A DNA stretch of 58,003 nucleotides from a virus (lineage: Duplodnaviria; Caudoviricetes). A program made the translations under genes and the position numbers. The notes beneath the pieces are model-generated. The model did no database searches. It was not told the DNA's origin and saw only the letters and a program-made list of their open reading frames with translations. The stretch's first letter is position 1; every line of letters begins with the position of its first letter. Positions 17,145-27,629 of the stretch are shown here, piece by piece. The stretch is from positions 1 through 58,003 of IMG/VR virus record IMGVR_UViG_3300012988_000004, one strand, 5' to 3'.

Positions 17145-17672
17145 CTATGGACATAAGTGGTTATTTAGCTTGGCTCCTGATATGTCACCCGTAGAATGAG
17201 AAGCGTTAGTCGTTGGAATAGCCGAGGTGCCTCCTCCTGTTTGAACACCGGAATGTACATGGGAATTGAATTTATCTACCAATACATCAAAGTCCGATTT
17301 TAATTGATTGTAGGCTGTCTGTAGGCCTTCAAACTGTGCAAGGTGGTTATCCTTGCCATTGAACTCACAAGTGCCGTCAGAATGAAGCCAAATGTAAAAT
17401 TGGACGTTCCCGTTGGCATCGGTAGAATAAATCCTCTTTTCTCCTACATCCGCTAGTTGCTGTTTGTTAATGTATCCGACAATGACTTTATTCTTGCGGC
17501 TACTGAGTTCAAGATAAACGGCATCCATTCCGGCAATTGGGTTTGAATCTTCTCCATAAGGCATCGCTTCTTTACCGGTTACAGTATCATCTTTTCCATA
17601 GCGCGAAACCTTAACTGTTCTAATTAAGTTAGTTATTGCTGTCGATATGGTTTTGACTAAGGCTTGCATCAA
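17145..17672 (-). CDS. Baseplate spike (Mu gp45-like)
   Basis: PYG..SNP, GEKRIYS, FNSHVHSGV HxH tip motif. Confidence 0.85.
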   Translation of the reverse strand: MMQALVKTISTAITNLIRTVKVSRYGKDDTVTGKEAMPYGEDSNPIAGMDAVYLELSSRKNKVIVGYINKQQLADVGEKRIYSTDANGNVQFYIWLHSDGTCEFNGKDNHLAQFEGLQTAYNQLKSDFDVLVDKFNSHVHSGVQTGGGTSAIPTTNASHSTGDISGAKLNNHLCP

Positions 17673-18808
17673 TGAAGGTTAATCCCGGCCCAGATATAAG
17701 TAGGTTCACTACCATCATAAACCGATTTTGGAACACAATGTAACTTTGAAGTAAAACTTTTCTGATTGCCTCTAAGTTCAACTTCTTCAATAAAGAATTC
17801 TGTTTTCTTGAAAATATAAATCTCAGGATTTATTATCGAAACTGTATTGCCAGGCTTTATCACATCCCCATTCTTGTCCTCCCATCGATCAAGCGAAATT
17901 CCTAACCCTACCGCACGAAGTTCATTAGCTCTAGCATTCCTAGCCGCGAGAAGAGTATCTACATCTGTACCTGAGTTTTGGATTATAGTTCTCGGCCTAA
18001 ATACAAAAGGCACGAATGGATTGCTTACCGTATTCTCCGCTGCATTTTCTTCATCACCGTCCTTTTCCTTAAAGACTGTGATCTGTGAGTGCATCACCTG
18101 TCCATTAAATCCTAGATCAAATTCTACTCCTGGTATGGTTTCACTGTTTTGAACATTAAAATCTAGTATTGGAACCAATCTGGTAGATACTCTTGTGAAT
18201 ACCACGTTCCCAAATTGATTGTGAGTAATTACAATATTCTTTTGTGCGGCAAGATCAGTGAGATAATTTGCAATGCTTTCAGTAGGCTTAGCGGTTGTCT
18301 CTTCAAAAACTTCATCCATTAAAGAACTTACTACTGGATCTATGACTATACCCAACTTGAAAGGCGCTAAAATCTTTTCTGCAATCTGTCTTAAACTCAA
18401 TCCACTATTCTCAAGTGAATAACCATAAGGCCTTGGTATTGCTGTTTTCCATTTTAAATTACCAACTTCATCTATTGCAGTATCGACCGATTGATTAGTT
18501 GCAATGTTACAATCATTGAGAAAGCCAGGAAGAGAATATCCCGAGATACTTACTAACTGTTTAACCTTCTTGGAATGAAATTTTATCGAAATGATATAGC
18601 CTGTAAGCAAAATAACTCCATTGTGGTATAGATAGCAGATGTGGTAATGCCCTATGCAAGACATTTCCTTAGTCTCAGTAACATTTGGATTATAGTAATA
18701 ATCAAGTTGAAAATTACTGGAAATACTGTTGAACTTCAGGTGCAATACGAATTCATTGAAGAATTCAACTTTCCTATTCCTGATTCTATCATATATTACT
18801 AACTCCAT
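17669..18808 (-). CDS. Baseplate hub (Mu gp44/P-like)
   Basis: LTGYI, A.KI..PF, KPGN.V motifs; position. Confidence 0.8.
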   Translation of the reverse strand: MELVIYDRIRNRKVEFFNEFVLHLKFNSISSNFQLDYYYNPNVTETKEMSCIGHYHICYLYHNGVILLTGYIISIKFHSKKVKQLVSISGYSLPGFLNDCNIATNQSVDTAIDEVGNLKWKTAIPRPYGYSLENSGLSLRQIAEKILAPFKLGIVIDPVVSSLMDEVFEETTAKPTESIANYLTDLAAQKNIVITHNQFGNVVFTRVSTRLVPILDFNVQNSETIPGVEFDLGFNGQVMHSQITVFKEKDGDEENAAENTVSNPFVPFVFRPRTIIQNSGTDVDTLLAARNARANELRAVGLGISLDRWEDKNGDVIKPGNTVSIINPEIYIFKKTEFFIEEVELRGNQKSFTSKLHCVPKSVYDGSEPTYIWAGINLH

Positions 18809-20082
18809 CAGATATAGAATAACAATTGTCTACCCTTCGAAATCTGAATAAGTTCATTTAAAGCAATGTTGTTGTTTTTGATGACAGTGTCGATAGTTGA
18901 ATCATCAACAAGCAACCCATAATATTTATGTGCCTGAATAACAACATTGGTATCCTCTGTCACTAATACGACCCTTTCCTGCTTGGAACTCAAAGCAATG
19001 TTAGTGAGATTAGTTATAGTAAAACTGATGAGTTGATCGAGCGCCTGCAATGATCCCGCATCTGGGATATAACTTGTTTCCAATCCTCCGTTCGTTGTCT
19101 GTAGTTGATCTAATAGCGCCAGGAACGCATTATACATCGCTTGTATTTGAGTGATGACATTCAAGACATCCTGCCTTGTAGCATAATCCGGGAAAACTGT
19201 TCCGACAACAACTCTTCCGTTAGAATCATAACTGGTAACCGAAGTTACTGCCACAGACGAAACTAATGTATTTCCTGTCGCTTCAAAATTCCTTTTGTCG
19301 TTAATACTGAAAATTTTATTCACTTGCCCCGATAGTGAATTGAATTGCGACTGTATTGTAGACATCCTGTTCTTAATCGAATCAACGAATTGACTTGGAT
19401 AGTTAATGACTGTCTGAAAATCCTGCATCGCCAAGATAGGATTGGAAGCCAGCGATTGTATAGACGCATTTGCTGCATTGAAGGCATTGAAATAATTTCC
19501 TGCATCTTCCGTTAATTTAACAGTCTTTGCGCCTATGTCATAAATTAACTTATTGAATCCGGTAAGTGTGTTTACATCTTTGATGCCTGGCTTTAACTGA
19601 GTTATTTGAACTTGGTATGCTTCTGCAACCAATTCGTCCATTTGTTGCTTTTGGAATAAGATGTCAGTCCTTGGGTCTTTGGTAATCTTTGGACCACCGA
19701 AAGTAATTGTTTCCAAAAGAGTACCTGTGACTACTGTAGTATTAAAACCTGATGGATCGAATTTGAGTGATACCGGCTGAACTGTTATTGTACCATAGAT
19801 AGGGTGTTGAATTGTCCAAGGTCTGGGATCATTCGCACTATCTTCAAATTGGTCAGCATTATCGAAATTGTCATCGCCTTGAAAGATAATGTGAAGATTA
19901 AATTTTCTCGCTTTGTTAGTTCCCCTAAAAATAAGCGAACCCTGTATATTAGGGAAATCAAACTCAGTAGTGTTATAATCAAGTTCCTTTATGCAATCAT
20001 TTTTCCAGAGCAAATCTGAATAGATAACTCCGTCACCAGTAATGATTATGAATGGATTCTGTACTTTGTCTCTCCAACTCAT
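18808..20082 (-). CDS. Mu gp43-like DNA circularisation/tail initiator protein
   Basis: MSWRD N-terminus, HPIYG motif, LysM-like C-terminus. Confidence 0.8.
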   Translation of the reverse strand: MSWRDKVQNPFIIITGDGVIYSDLLWKNDCIKELDYNTTEFDFPNIQGSLIFRGTNKARKFNLHIIFQGDDNFDNADQFEDSANDPRPWTIQHPIYGTITVQPVSLKFDPSGFNTTVVTGTLLETITFGGPKITKDPRTDILFQKQQMDELVAEAYQVQITQLKPGIKDVNTLTGFNKLIYDIGAKTVKLTEDAGNYFNAFNAANASIQSLASNPILAMQDFQTVINYPSQFVDSIKNRMSTIQSQFNSLSGQVNKIFSINDKRNFEATGNTLVSSVAVTSVTSYDSNGRVVVGTVFPDYATRQDVLNVITQIQAMYNAFLALLDQLQTTNGGLETSYIPDAGSLQALDQLISFTITNLTNIALSSKQERVVLVTEDTNVVIQAHKYYGLLVDDSTIDTVIKNNNIALNELIQISKGRQLLFYI

Positions 20083-20840
20083 TTCGCATATTTATTAATC
20101 CAGAACTCGGCTTGATTAATATAAAAATCATTTGCCTTCTTAGTAGAATCCATTGAAGCCTCGCGCATGAATGATGTTTCTTTTACAGCCACCTTGCGTT
20201 TTTTGCTATAGCTGTAAAGAGGTGTCAATCTGAATTTCTTTTTACCATCATCTTCCAACAATGATTCTACTCTCCACAAAAGATTTTCTCCGAGCACATT
20301 GCTACCTAGAACATAACCACCAACACCAGCCTTGAAAATAGCTTTGACAAACTTTTGTTTCTTGGAATCCCCACTCAGGTTCCTTGCAATTACAAGTTTG
20401 TTCTGAGGTAAAATTCTTGTCAAACGATTCGCTGGCTTTACAAGCGTATTATATCCTCCGGTCCTTGCAGTGTCCAAAGGAATAAATGATTTACCTCCGA
20501 TCTTGCCTCCATGCTCCTGTTGTTCCAAGTCTTTTACTGCGAAGTTATCTGCTGGATTACCCTTATCCGAACGAAGGTTATTTGAAAAGAACCCAACTGT
20601 CGAACGCATAGAGTTAACTTGATTACCAGTTGCCATTTCAACCCCGCTATTGGCCTTAAAGAAATTCGGAGAGCGTTTTACGAATTGCGTGTGCGCATGA
20701 GCTGGCATAGTTCTTTGTTTGACATCAAATGCCAGATCGTTCAAAGTACCGCGAACTGCATTCGGTAATGCAGATTTCCTCAGTTGTTCAAGCCTAGCTG
20801 AATGTTTAACAAGCGCATCAGTATTGATGTTTAAAATCAT
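20079..20840 (-). CDS. Tail completion/neck protein (gpZ-like)
   Basis: Basic protein with A.RGTLNDLAFDV motif. Confidence 0.6.
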   Translation of the reverse strand: MILNINTDALVKHSARLEQLRKSALPNAVRGTLNDLAFDVKQRTMPAHAHTQFVKRSPNFFKANSGVEMATGNQVNSMRSTVGFFSNNLRSDKGNPADNFAVKDLEQQEHGGKIGGKSFIPLDTARTGGYNTLVKPANRLTRILPQNKLVIARNLSGDSKKQKFVKAIFKAGVGGYVLGSNVLGENLLWRVESLLEDDGKKKFRLTPLYSYSKKRKVAVKETSFMREASMDSTKKANDFYINQAEFWINKYAK

Positions 20841-21439
20841 GATATATATTCAACAATTAGATACCCTCTATTGAAGGGAGTAGAATCGTAATCAGTGCTG
20901 TCAAATACACCCGTGGCAAATCTACTAAGATCAATTGTTGTTCCACCAGCTGACCAACTAAGTTGTCCACCAGAACCAAGAACATCTCCATCACTAAAAA
21001 TAAGTGGCAAAATTCCATTCGGGCCAGACTCAGGAATAATGTATGCTTGGGCTCCTCTTATTTTCGAAGCTGTAAGCCCATGAGCGATACTGACACTACC
21101 TGTAGTATCCATGTTCCAATCACCAATATTTATCAATTTTCTCCTTAATCCACCATTAAGATTATCCGTTATTTGTGCAGCTATTATTGCTGATAATTTA
21201 TTAATGAATAAACCAAGGGCATTATTCAATTGGAACCCGTCATATTCATTCTCCGGCAACTCATTTGGAGTGAGGTTGGCATCCTTCATTAATTGACTGA
21301 AGAACTGATGAAAGTCTCCATAGACTTGTTCATCAACCGGAGTTCCCTTTGTTCCCGATCCATCATCATCTTGTATTCTTCCATGAGGATAAGTAGATGT
21401 TGGAGCTAATACCTGTGGTTTGTTCTTAAGCGATATCAT
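20837..21439 (-). CDS. Short tail fibre/adaptor
   Basis: YP.G...D...GT.V N-terminus typical of Mu-like fibres; follows the gp48-like gene. Confidence 0.6.
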   Translation of the reverse strand: MISLKNKPQVLAPTSTYPHGRIQDDDGSGTKGTPVDEQVYGDFHQFFSQLMKDANLTPNELPENEYDGFQLNNALGLFINKLSAIIAAQITDNLNGGLRRKLINIGDWNMDTTGSVSIAHGLTASKIRGAQAYIIPESGPNGILPLIFSDGDVLGSGGQLSWSAGGTTIDLSRFATGVFDSTDYDSTPFNRGYLIVEYIS

Positions 21440-21451
21440 AATGAATCAAAT

Positions 21452-23020
21452 TTAAACAAAGTTTACGAGTAGAAGCACAGTGATGTTCACTGGCTTTATT
21501 TTTAAAATCAATTGACGGAATGCAGTCTCTTGTTCTTTTGGAATATTCACGAAAGTTCCTGCAGGACATCCACCAATGAAAATTGTATCACTGTAATCGC
21601 CTGGATCAAAACTGTCATCAACACTTGGATCAACCGAATTAGCAACAATAATTCCACTCCTACTTAAATATCCATGCCTCTGTTGACCGTGCAATAATGT
21701 GCTGATATGACGTACTAATCCTGTATTAGCAAATTGAACGTATGTTTTATAAAAATAGGAACCAAATGTACCCCTCATTACATTATTTGGGTAACCAGTA
21801 ACCGCAGCAGCCACGAATAAACTATTGCCATAGACAATACAAGACCATGAATTATCCGCAGGACTATTTTGAATTGTCCAAGTGATTCCATCCGGTGATG
21901 TCATGATTCTATTTCCTGCACCAGAATTTGAAACAGCAACAAATAAACCATTACCATAAGTTATAGCAGACCAATCATTATCTGCGGCTGAAGCTCGCGA
22001 AGTCCAAGTAATTCCATCAGGACTAGACATAACTCGATTACCTACACCTGAATTAGATACTGCTACAAATAGACCTCCTCCATAGGTGACCGAAACCCAA
22101 TTGTTACTTGATGATGCAGTACGATCAGTCCAAGTGATACCATCGGGTGAGGTCATCACTTGAGTAGGCCCACCACTTGCAATGGCTACATACAAAGAAT
22201 TTCCATAAGTAATACTCCTCCAGATACTTCCAGTAGAAGCACGTCCGGTCCATGTAATGCCGTCCGGACTCGTCATAACTGGAGTAGGACCACCACTACT
22301 ACTTACAGCGACAAATAGACCTGCTCCGTATGTAACAGATTCCCAACTACCACCTATATCTGTTCGGGCGGTCCATGTTATTCCATCGGGGCTAGTCATA
22401 ACCTTATGTAATCCTGTCTCGCTTACAACAACAAATAAACCATTACCATAAGCAATGGAACTCCATGAATTATTTTCCGCAGCAGTTCTTGCGGTCCATG
22501 TAATGCCATCGGGACTCGTCATAACCTGATTCCCTCCTGAACTTGCAACTGCGACAAATAATCCTCCTCCGTAAGCAATCGATGTCCATGTGTTTAAAGA
22601 TGTACCGCTATATAAAGTCCATGTAATTCCTGGTGTTATAAATAAATTCTCATGAACACATATATTATATCCAGCTGCCTGCAATACATCTTGAATGTAA
22701 TCCAGTGCCGCTTTTGCAGGATTAGTGCCAGGCCAATTCAATTGTACTTTGATTGCGTCCATTCTTTGATTTAATGGAATACCGGTTCCATCCGCAAGTC
22801 CTAGCCTCTTCTCCCATGCGCTTGCATCGTCAACTGTAAAATTTGGATTATCTGGAAGTGAACTATCAAGAATAGAAACCGCATTATTGTAAGCCCTGAT
22901 CTCGGATGCCAACAATCCATTGACAAACTTTTCCTTTATGCTACCCGGATTAATGCGCCAAACTCTTCCAGTCGGGAAGAGTTGTTTGGTGAGGGCTTTT
23001 ATTTTATCATCAATTGCCAT
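21452..23020 (-). CDS. Baseplate wedge protein (Mu gp48-like) with inserted Asp-box beta-propeller
   Basis: LFPTGRVW...WEKRLGL N-terminus and LILKIKP C-terminus bracket seven repeats; start at MAIDD (TAATG overlap). Confidence 0.8.
   Translation of the reverse strand: MAIDDKIKALTKQLFPTGRVWRINPGSIKEKFVNGLLASEIRAYNNAVSILDSSLPDNPNFTVDDASAWEKRLGLADGTGIPLNQRMDAIKVQLNWPGTNPAKAALDYIQDVLQAAGYNICVHENLFITPGITWTLYSGTSLNTWTSIAYGGGLFVAVASSGGNQVMTSPDGITWTARTAAENNSWSSIAYGNGLFVVVSETGLHKVMTSPDGITWTARTDIGGSWESVTYGAGLFVAVSSSGGPTPVMTSPDGITWTGRASTGSIWRSITYGNSLYVAIASGGPTQVMTSPDGITWTDRTASSSNNWVSVTYGGGLFVAVSNSGVGNRVMSSPDGITWTSRASAADNDWSAITYGNGLFVAVSNSGAGNRIMTSPDGITWTIQNSPADNSWSCIVYGNSLFVAAAVTGYPNNVMRGTFGSYFYKTYVQFANTGLVRHISTLLHGQQRHGYLSRSGIIVANSVDPSVDDSFDPGDYSDTIFIGGCPAGTFVNIPKEQETAFRQLILKIKPVNITVLLLVNFV
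21770..22635 (-). repeat. Seven ~41-aa repeats (W.SI.YG..LFVAV...TSPDGITWT)
   Basis: Visible in both protein and DNA. Confidence 0.9.
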
Positions 23021-24177
23021 TAAGGAAATGTCATAGTTGATAACCAAGGAATATCCCCATTCAAAAACTGAAACGATGCCACAGGTGATGAATTAACATT
23101 TAAAGTGATCGCTCCAAATACACTTCCTGGCACTGTATTCAAAATTACAGAAGCAATATTGTTAGTGCTAAAGACATCGTTTTTGTTAGCCAATGCGTCC
23201 GCTCCGGCCACGAATGGCCTTACTGTTGCAAGATATTCAGTCATGGCAGTAGTTATCGCTGCTTTTTGATCTGCGGTGAAAGTACTTCCTGCTACTGAAA
23301 TATCGATCTGTTTAATTGTTACTGGTAAATAATTTACAATCGCCTGTAATGGCCTTCTTCCAAGTCCGGTTTCTGGATCTGCATCCACATCTGCTTTCAC
23401 AGCATCAAGAATAGCCTGAGTAGGTGTTCCTTTACCATCGGTAGAGTCTATCAGTATAGCTTCGACATAAAGATTTATCTGATTTGGGAATCCAGATACA
23501 GAATAGATATACGACTGTTGAACGCCTTGCGCTTCTGATGCCCAAATTCGATAATCACTTGCTGATCCCCCGGTAGGTGTCAATCTAAATGACTGTAAAG
23601 CCACCGCCCGATATTCTTCTATTGTCTCCGCTTCAAGAGGTGGTATGTTTTCCGAATTTACGGTTACACTTGAATTCACATTGGCGATCGGTGAAGTAGC
23701 CGTTAAATTATCACCATTGGAAAGTTTACTTGCAATACCGGCAGTAAGTGCTCTTATGACTATCGTGTCTGTGCTAGATGTTAGTGTGTGGCTATTATCC
23801 AATATGAATAACATACCAGGACTTGTCGAGTCATCATTGCTTTTGAAAGTTTGTGAGGATTTTATAATAGCTCCAGCAACTCCAGTTACCACTACCTGAT
23901 ATTGGCCGGCAACTGCAGGGAAAGGATTACGCCCAAGTTTTATTCTTCCCCATCTTTCTAACGTACCTCCGGCTGCTTCTGGATCAGCTATATCCACGAA
24001 TACATTCTTCTGAACATTTCCTAGAACGAGATAATAAAGTTTCAATCTAACTGCCTGCACCATAGCCGATGCCCTAAGAAAGTTTTTTCCAACAGTTGGA
24101 ATACCACTTCCAAATTGAGATTGCAAGTCATTTAAAATTGCATTGTATAATTGCGATATGGTTTGGATATCTGTCAT
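23020..24177 (-). CDS. Baseplate J / Mu gp47 protein
   Basis: LERWG, A.TAG, ET.EEYR, GGSASDY.IWA..A.GV motifs. Confidence 0.92.
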   Translation of the reverse strand: MTDIQTISQLYNAILNDLQSQFGSGIPTVGKNFLRASAMVQAVRLKLYYLVLGNVQKNVFVDIADPEAAGGTLERWGRIKLGRNPFPAVAGQYQVVVTGVAGAIIKSSQTFKSNDDSTSPGMLFILDNSHTLTSSTDTIVIRALTAGIASKLSNGDNLTATSPIANVNSSVTVNSENIPPLEAETIEEYRAVALQSFRLTPTGGSASDYRIWASEAQGVQQSYIYSVSGFPNQINLYVEAILIDSTDGKGTPTQAILDAVKADVDADPETGLGRRPLQAIVNYLPVTIKQIDISVAGSTFTADQKAAITTAMTEYLATVRPFVAGADALANKNDVFSTNNIASVILNTVPGSVFGAITLNVNSSPVASFQFLNGDIPWLSTMTFP

Positions 24178-24701
24178 AAAAACGAGTCATCAAAGCTGGA
24201 GTCGAAAGTTCTTGAAATAATTGGTAACGTAACATTATTGTTTAACCTTGCGATCAATTCTTGTTTAGTGGCATCCCATACATAAGAAAAATTCTGTGCG
24301 GAAGTAGCGGGTTGTTGGAGTTTAACATCAATGTCTATTCTATCCACGCCAGTTATTGACACATTCACGTTTACAGTTCCTATTGCCGTCAAATAATTAA
24401 GATCGTCTTTAACTGCTTGTTCTATTAGCGCACGTCCTGCACTCGTCAATGGAATAGTGTTAAGGCCTCTTTCCGTCTTGGAATTGAACTGCACACTTTT
24501 GTCATTAGGATGCAATAAATTATTTCCCCAAAAACTAAGGTCTAATTCCAATGGGTTTCTTTTTTGTGTTGTATCCTCCGCAACGTTACCTCCGAAGAGT
24601 GCAATATATACTTCATTCTCAAATCCATAGATTACCGAAAGATCGTTTGTGGTCTTTATCAATTCTCCTCCATCACCTTGTTCTACGAGTTCCAGATCCA
24701 T
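24174..24701 (-). CDS. Mu gp46-like baseplate protein
   Basis: V.IALF, FWGN, A...DL.YL motifs; C-terminal FDSSFDDSF. Confidence 0.8.
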   Translation of the reverse strand: MDLELVEQGDGGELIKTTNDLSVIYGFENEVYIALFGGNVAEDTTQKRNPLELDLSFWGNNLLHPNDKSVQFNSKTERGLNTIPLTSAGRALIEQAVKDDLNYLTAIGTVNVNVSITGVDRIDIDVKLQQPATSAQNFSYVWDATKQELIARLNNNVTLPIISRTFDSSFDDSFL

Positions 24702-24702
24702 A

Positions 24703-26598
24703 TCAGTAAGAAGGTGTTAAGTAAAAAGAAGCATCTGATGTCGATTTAACTTTAGGCATAATATTAGGAGTTGAACTCTTTATGTTTGTTCCTACCGGAA
24801 CATTGCTGAAGTCAACCGCTATATTCCCCTGTAGCATTTGCATTAAATTTTGTTGCTCTGTAGCCTTTGGATTAACGAGTGGTGCGTTCTTATCAAACAT
24901 TCCTTGATCGTTAAAATAATCCCGAGTTAATTGTGCTGCTCTATCAAAGTTTTTAAATCCCTGCATGCCGGTGATAGAATACATAAGCTGAGCCATTTGT
25001 TGTAATGGTGTCAAAAGCCATTCAAAAATCGCAATCCCTATTTGTTTTATACCTGCCAAAAATCCTTCAGTAGTGAAAGCCTTGGTTATCTTTTCCCAAT
25101 GCTTTGAAATCTCAACCAGGAGACTAATAAACATTCCCAATGGTCCAAGCAAGAATAGAACAGATGCACCCCATTTATCATAACTTTCAATAGCTAATAA
25201 AATTACTGAAATCAATAATAAAATTCCCGCCACTACAAGTCCAATTGGATTAGCTAACATAGCTGCGTTAAATAGCCACATTGCTGCAGTTGCCACGTAT
25301 GTTAATCCGGTCCATACAACTATCAGTGCATTGTAAATTCCAAGTGCTATGTTAAATGCAATAAGAACTACTTTTGCCGCCAATAAAGCTCCGGCCACAT
25401 ATCCTATCCACTTCACCCATACCAAATATTTTCTTGCTGCATCTGTTACACTCGAATTCATTCTTACCAATTGTTCCCTTGCCGCTTGGGTATCGGCCAT
25501 CATTAAAAGCATAGCAGTAGCTATCTGAACTATATTTTTCAAAGAATGCGCAATTGGGCCTTGTCCGGTCTCAATGCTCAAAATAAATTCCTCCCATGCC
25601 GACTTCATTAACTTAACACTTCCATTGAAAGTTTGTAGTTGTTTTCTGGCAAGATCCTCTACATAGTTCTCTGGTGCGTTTTTGATCTTCTCAACCAAAG
25701 TCTTTATACTTTCAAGCTGATGCGCGAATTCTACCGCTGATACGACACTTCTCTTTCCAAACTTATTGTAAGCATAAATCACAGCATTATTGCTATTGGC
25801 TACTTTCTTAATAGCCGTATCGAAATCCATTCCTCTCTTACCAGCATCTATAAGGATGTTCTTGAGTGAGGTTGCACCGGTAGCTGTATGAATTTGTACG
25901 TTCCGGAGCGTACCAAGATATGCTAGCACTTGTTCATAACTCTGACCTGAAAGTTTAGCTACTCTATTAACGATCGGAAGCTGGGTGGCAAATGACTCAA
26001 AATCTGCTGCTGTCAGGTTTGCAGCATAAGCCAGCTTATTGATCACATCTTTTGTCTGAGATGAATCCTTTTCGTAGGATAGTAAAATACCAGCAGCAAC
26101 TTCTGAAACTCGCTCTGGTGAAGCATTAAACGCTCTTGCACCCGCTATAATCGCAGGTGTCATATTAAATATCTGCTCTCCTCCGAATCCCATCTTAGCT
26201 AAGGCTGTCTGAACCTTAAGAATGTTGGGAGCCAACTCACCATAAGTTACCGCAAGCGTTCTGGCTTGAGTAGTGAGTTTTGACATGAGCGGAATCGAAT
26301 TATCTTGTAGGACCACCGAAAGATCCACTTGTGCTTGTTCGAATTCAGCAAATGTATTTATCGCACTTCGCAAGACTCTTATCAATCCATAAAGACCGAC
26401 ATAAAACCCCAATCCCATAAGCATGTTGTTGAGCGAGGTAATTGGAGCCACCAGCTTACTAAATCCTTGATTTGCCCAATTCAATGCCCTTTGTGATCGC
26501 GCAGCGAAAGCCTCCATGTTCGAAGTCATTCTCTTCATGGGTGCCGAGAACTTATCTATGGCCGTAAATACTGAAGGTATAACTAATGGCGCTGACAT
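24703..26598 (-). CDS. Tail tape measure protein
   Basis: TAIDKFSAP start, TP901-like core, ANPIGLVV hydrophobic region. Confidence 0.92.
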   Translation of the reverse strand: MSAPLVIPSVFTAIDKFSAPMKRMTSNMEAFAARSQRALNWANQGFSKLVAPITSLNNMLMGLGFYVGLYGLIRVLRSAINTFAEFEQAQVDLSVVLQDNSIPLMSKLTTQARTLAVTYGELAPNILKVQTALAKMGFGGEQIFNMTPAIIAGARAFNASPERVSEVAAGILLSYEKDSSQTKDVINKLAYAANLTAADFESFATQLPIVNRVAKLSGQSYEQVLAYLGTLRNVQIHTATGATSLKNILIDAGKRGMDFDTAIKKVANSNNAVIYAYNKFGKRSVVSAVEFAHQLESIKTLVEKIKNAPENYVEDLARKQLQTFNGSVKLMKSAWEEFILSIETGQGPIAHSLKNIVQIATAMLLMMADTQAAREQLVRMNSSVTDAARKYLVWVKWIGYVAGALLAAKVVLIAFNIALGIYNALIVVWTGLTYVATAAMWLFNAAMLANPIGLVVAGILLLISVILLAIESYDKWGASVLFLLGPLGMFISLLVEISKHWEKITKAFTTEGFLAGIKQIGIAIFEWLLTPLQQMAQLMYSITGMQGFKNFDRAAQLTRDYFNDQGMFDKNAPLVNPKATEQQNLMQMLQGNIAVDFSNVPVGTNIKSSTPNIMPKVKSTSDASFYLTPSY

Positions 26599-26800
26599 TA
26601 TTTTTTATGCATTAAGGTTTTTGTTTCTGCGTTCATTTGTAAGGCATCATCAAACCAATAAAGAAGTCCCATATAATCTATTCTATCAAAAAAAAAGCCG
26701 CCAATTTCACTTGGAGGCCAGTTGTAAGTTCTCGCTATCGTCTTTACTACTGAATCAAAACCGAGCACCTCTCCTTTTTCATTCGTCAGATAAAAAAAAA
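26598..26800 (-). CDS. -1 frameshift extension of tail assembly chaperone (G-T type)
   Basis: T9 slippery run at 26792..26800; the -1 frame stays open for 64 codons (TIARTYNWPPSEI...LLYWFD) to a TAA overlapping the tape measure ATG. Confidence 0.8.
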
Positions 26801-27202
26801 CACTATGGCCTGCATTACCTTCCTGTCAGTACCAGAATCCAAAGCATTCAAGATATTCTTTGGTTGATCGGTCGCTGCCGCTGCATACGCAAGGAACACT
26901 CCGAAAGCATCTGAAGGCGACACTCCCTTAAGGTAAGGTTGTATCATCTTATCGTTCAATCGCTGCTTATAAGTAAGATCACGAATGGCCAATGAATTTT
27001 CTCCCAATGGAAAAACAAGATTATGCTTCAATGTGCCATCATCATTCACTTCAATAACTCCTTGCATGATGAATCCGATCATGTCTTCAATATTCTGCTT
27101 GCCTGCATCGCCTTCTCTCACAGATTGAAATACTTTCTTCTGATCGAGCCAAGCGTTGAATTCTGCCTCCGCAGCTTCTCTTGAAATCTTAGGCTTATCC
27201 AT
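26786..27202 (-). CDS. Tail assembly chaperone
   Basis: Between tube and tape measure; ends GTG TTT TTT TTT ATC TGA. Confidence 0.8.
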   Translation of the reverse strand: MDKPKISREAAEAEFNAWLDQKKVFQSVREGDAGKQNIEDMIGFIMQGVIEVNDDGTLKHNLVFPLGENSLAIRDLTYKQRLNDKMIQPYLKGVSPSDAFGVFLAYAAAATDQPKNILNALDSGTDRKVMQAIVFFFI

Positions 27203-27612
27203 TAGATAATCTTATCGAGTTTCTGTCCACCTGCGAACTTAATAGGAATTGTTGCGGCAAGTCCATCGCCTTTTACATCTCCTACTACCGTTCCAAGACC
27301 TTTATAAACAGCACCACTAACATGCGAAATGGTAAACGTAGCATCTACTGCCTGACCAGAAATATTGTTCAATGTTTCCAATTCTTGACGAATGTTGTTA
27401 TCCCAGGCAATAACTACATCAAGACTCCAACGTGCGCGCGTAAGCTGTTTGATCATAGCTCCAGAACCATCGACACCTTGGGCATCATCATTACTTCTAA
27501 AGCCACCAGGATCGAACGAAGATGTTTCGCCTGCCTTGGGATAAAGAACTCCTGACCCCAAGGTTGGATGACTCCATTTGATTTCTGTTACATCTCCACC
27601 TACTGCGCTCAT
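27202..27612 (-). CDS. Tail tube protein
   Basis: 136 aa beta-rich protein after sheath. Confidence 0.8.
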   Translation of the reverse strand: MSAVGGDVTEIKWSHPTLGSGVLYPKAGETSSFDPGGFRSNDDAQGVDGSGAMIKQLTRARWSLDVVIAWDNNIRQELETLNNISGQAVDATFTISHVSGAVYKGLGTVVGDVKGDGLAATIPIKFAGGQKLDKII

Positions 27613-27629
27613 ATTATTAATTCAAAGTT

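Noticed and set aside
21770-22635. Regularly spaced DNA repeats as a CRISPR array or DGR target
   Set aside because: They are in-frame protein repeats with synonymous variation; no cas or reverse transcriptase gene is present.
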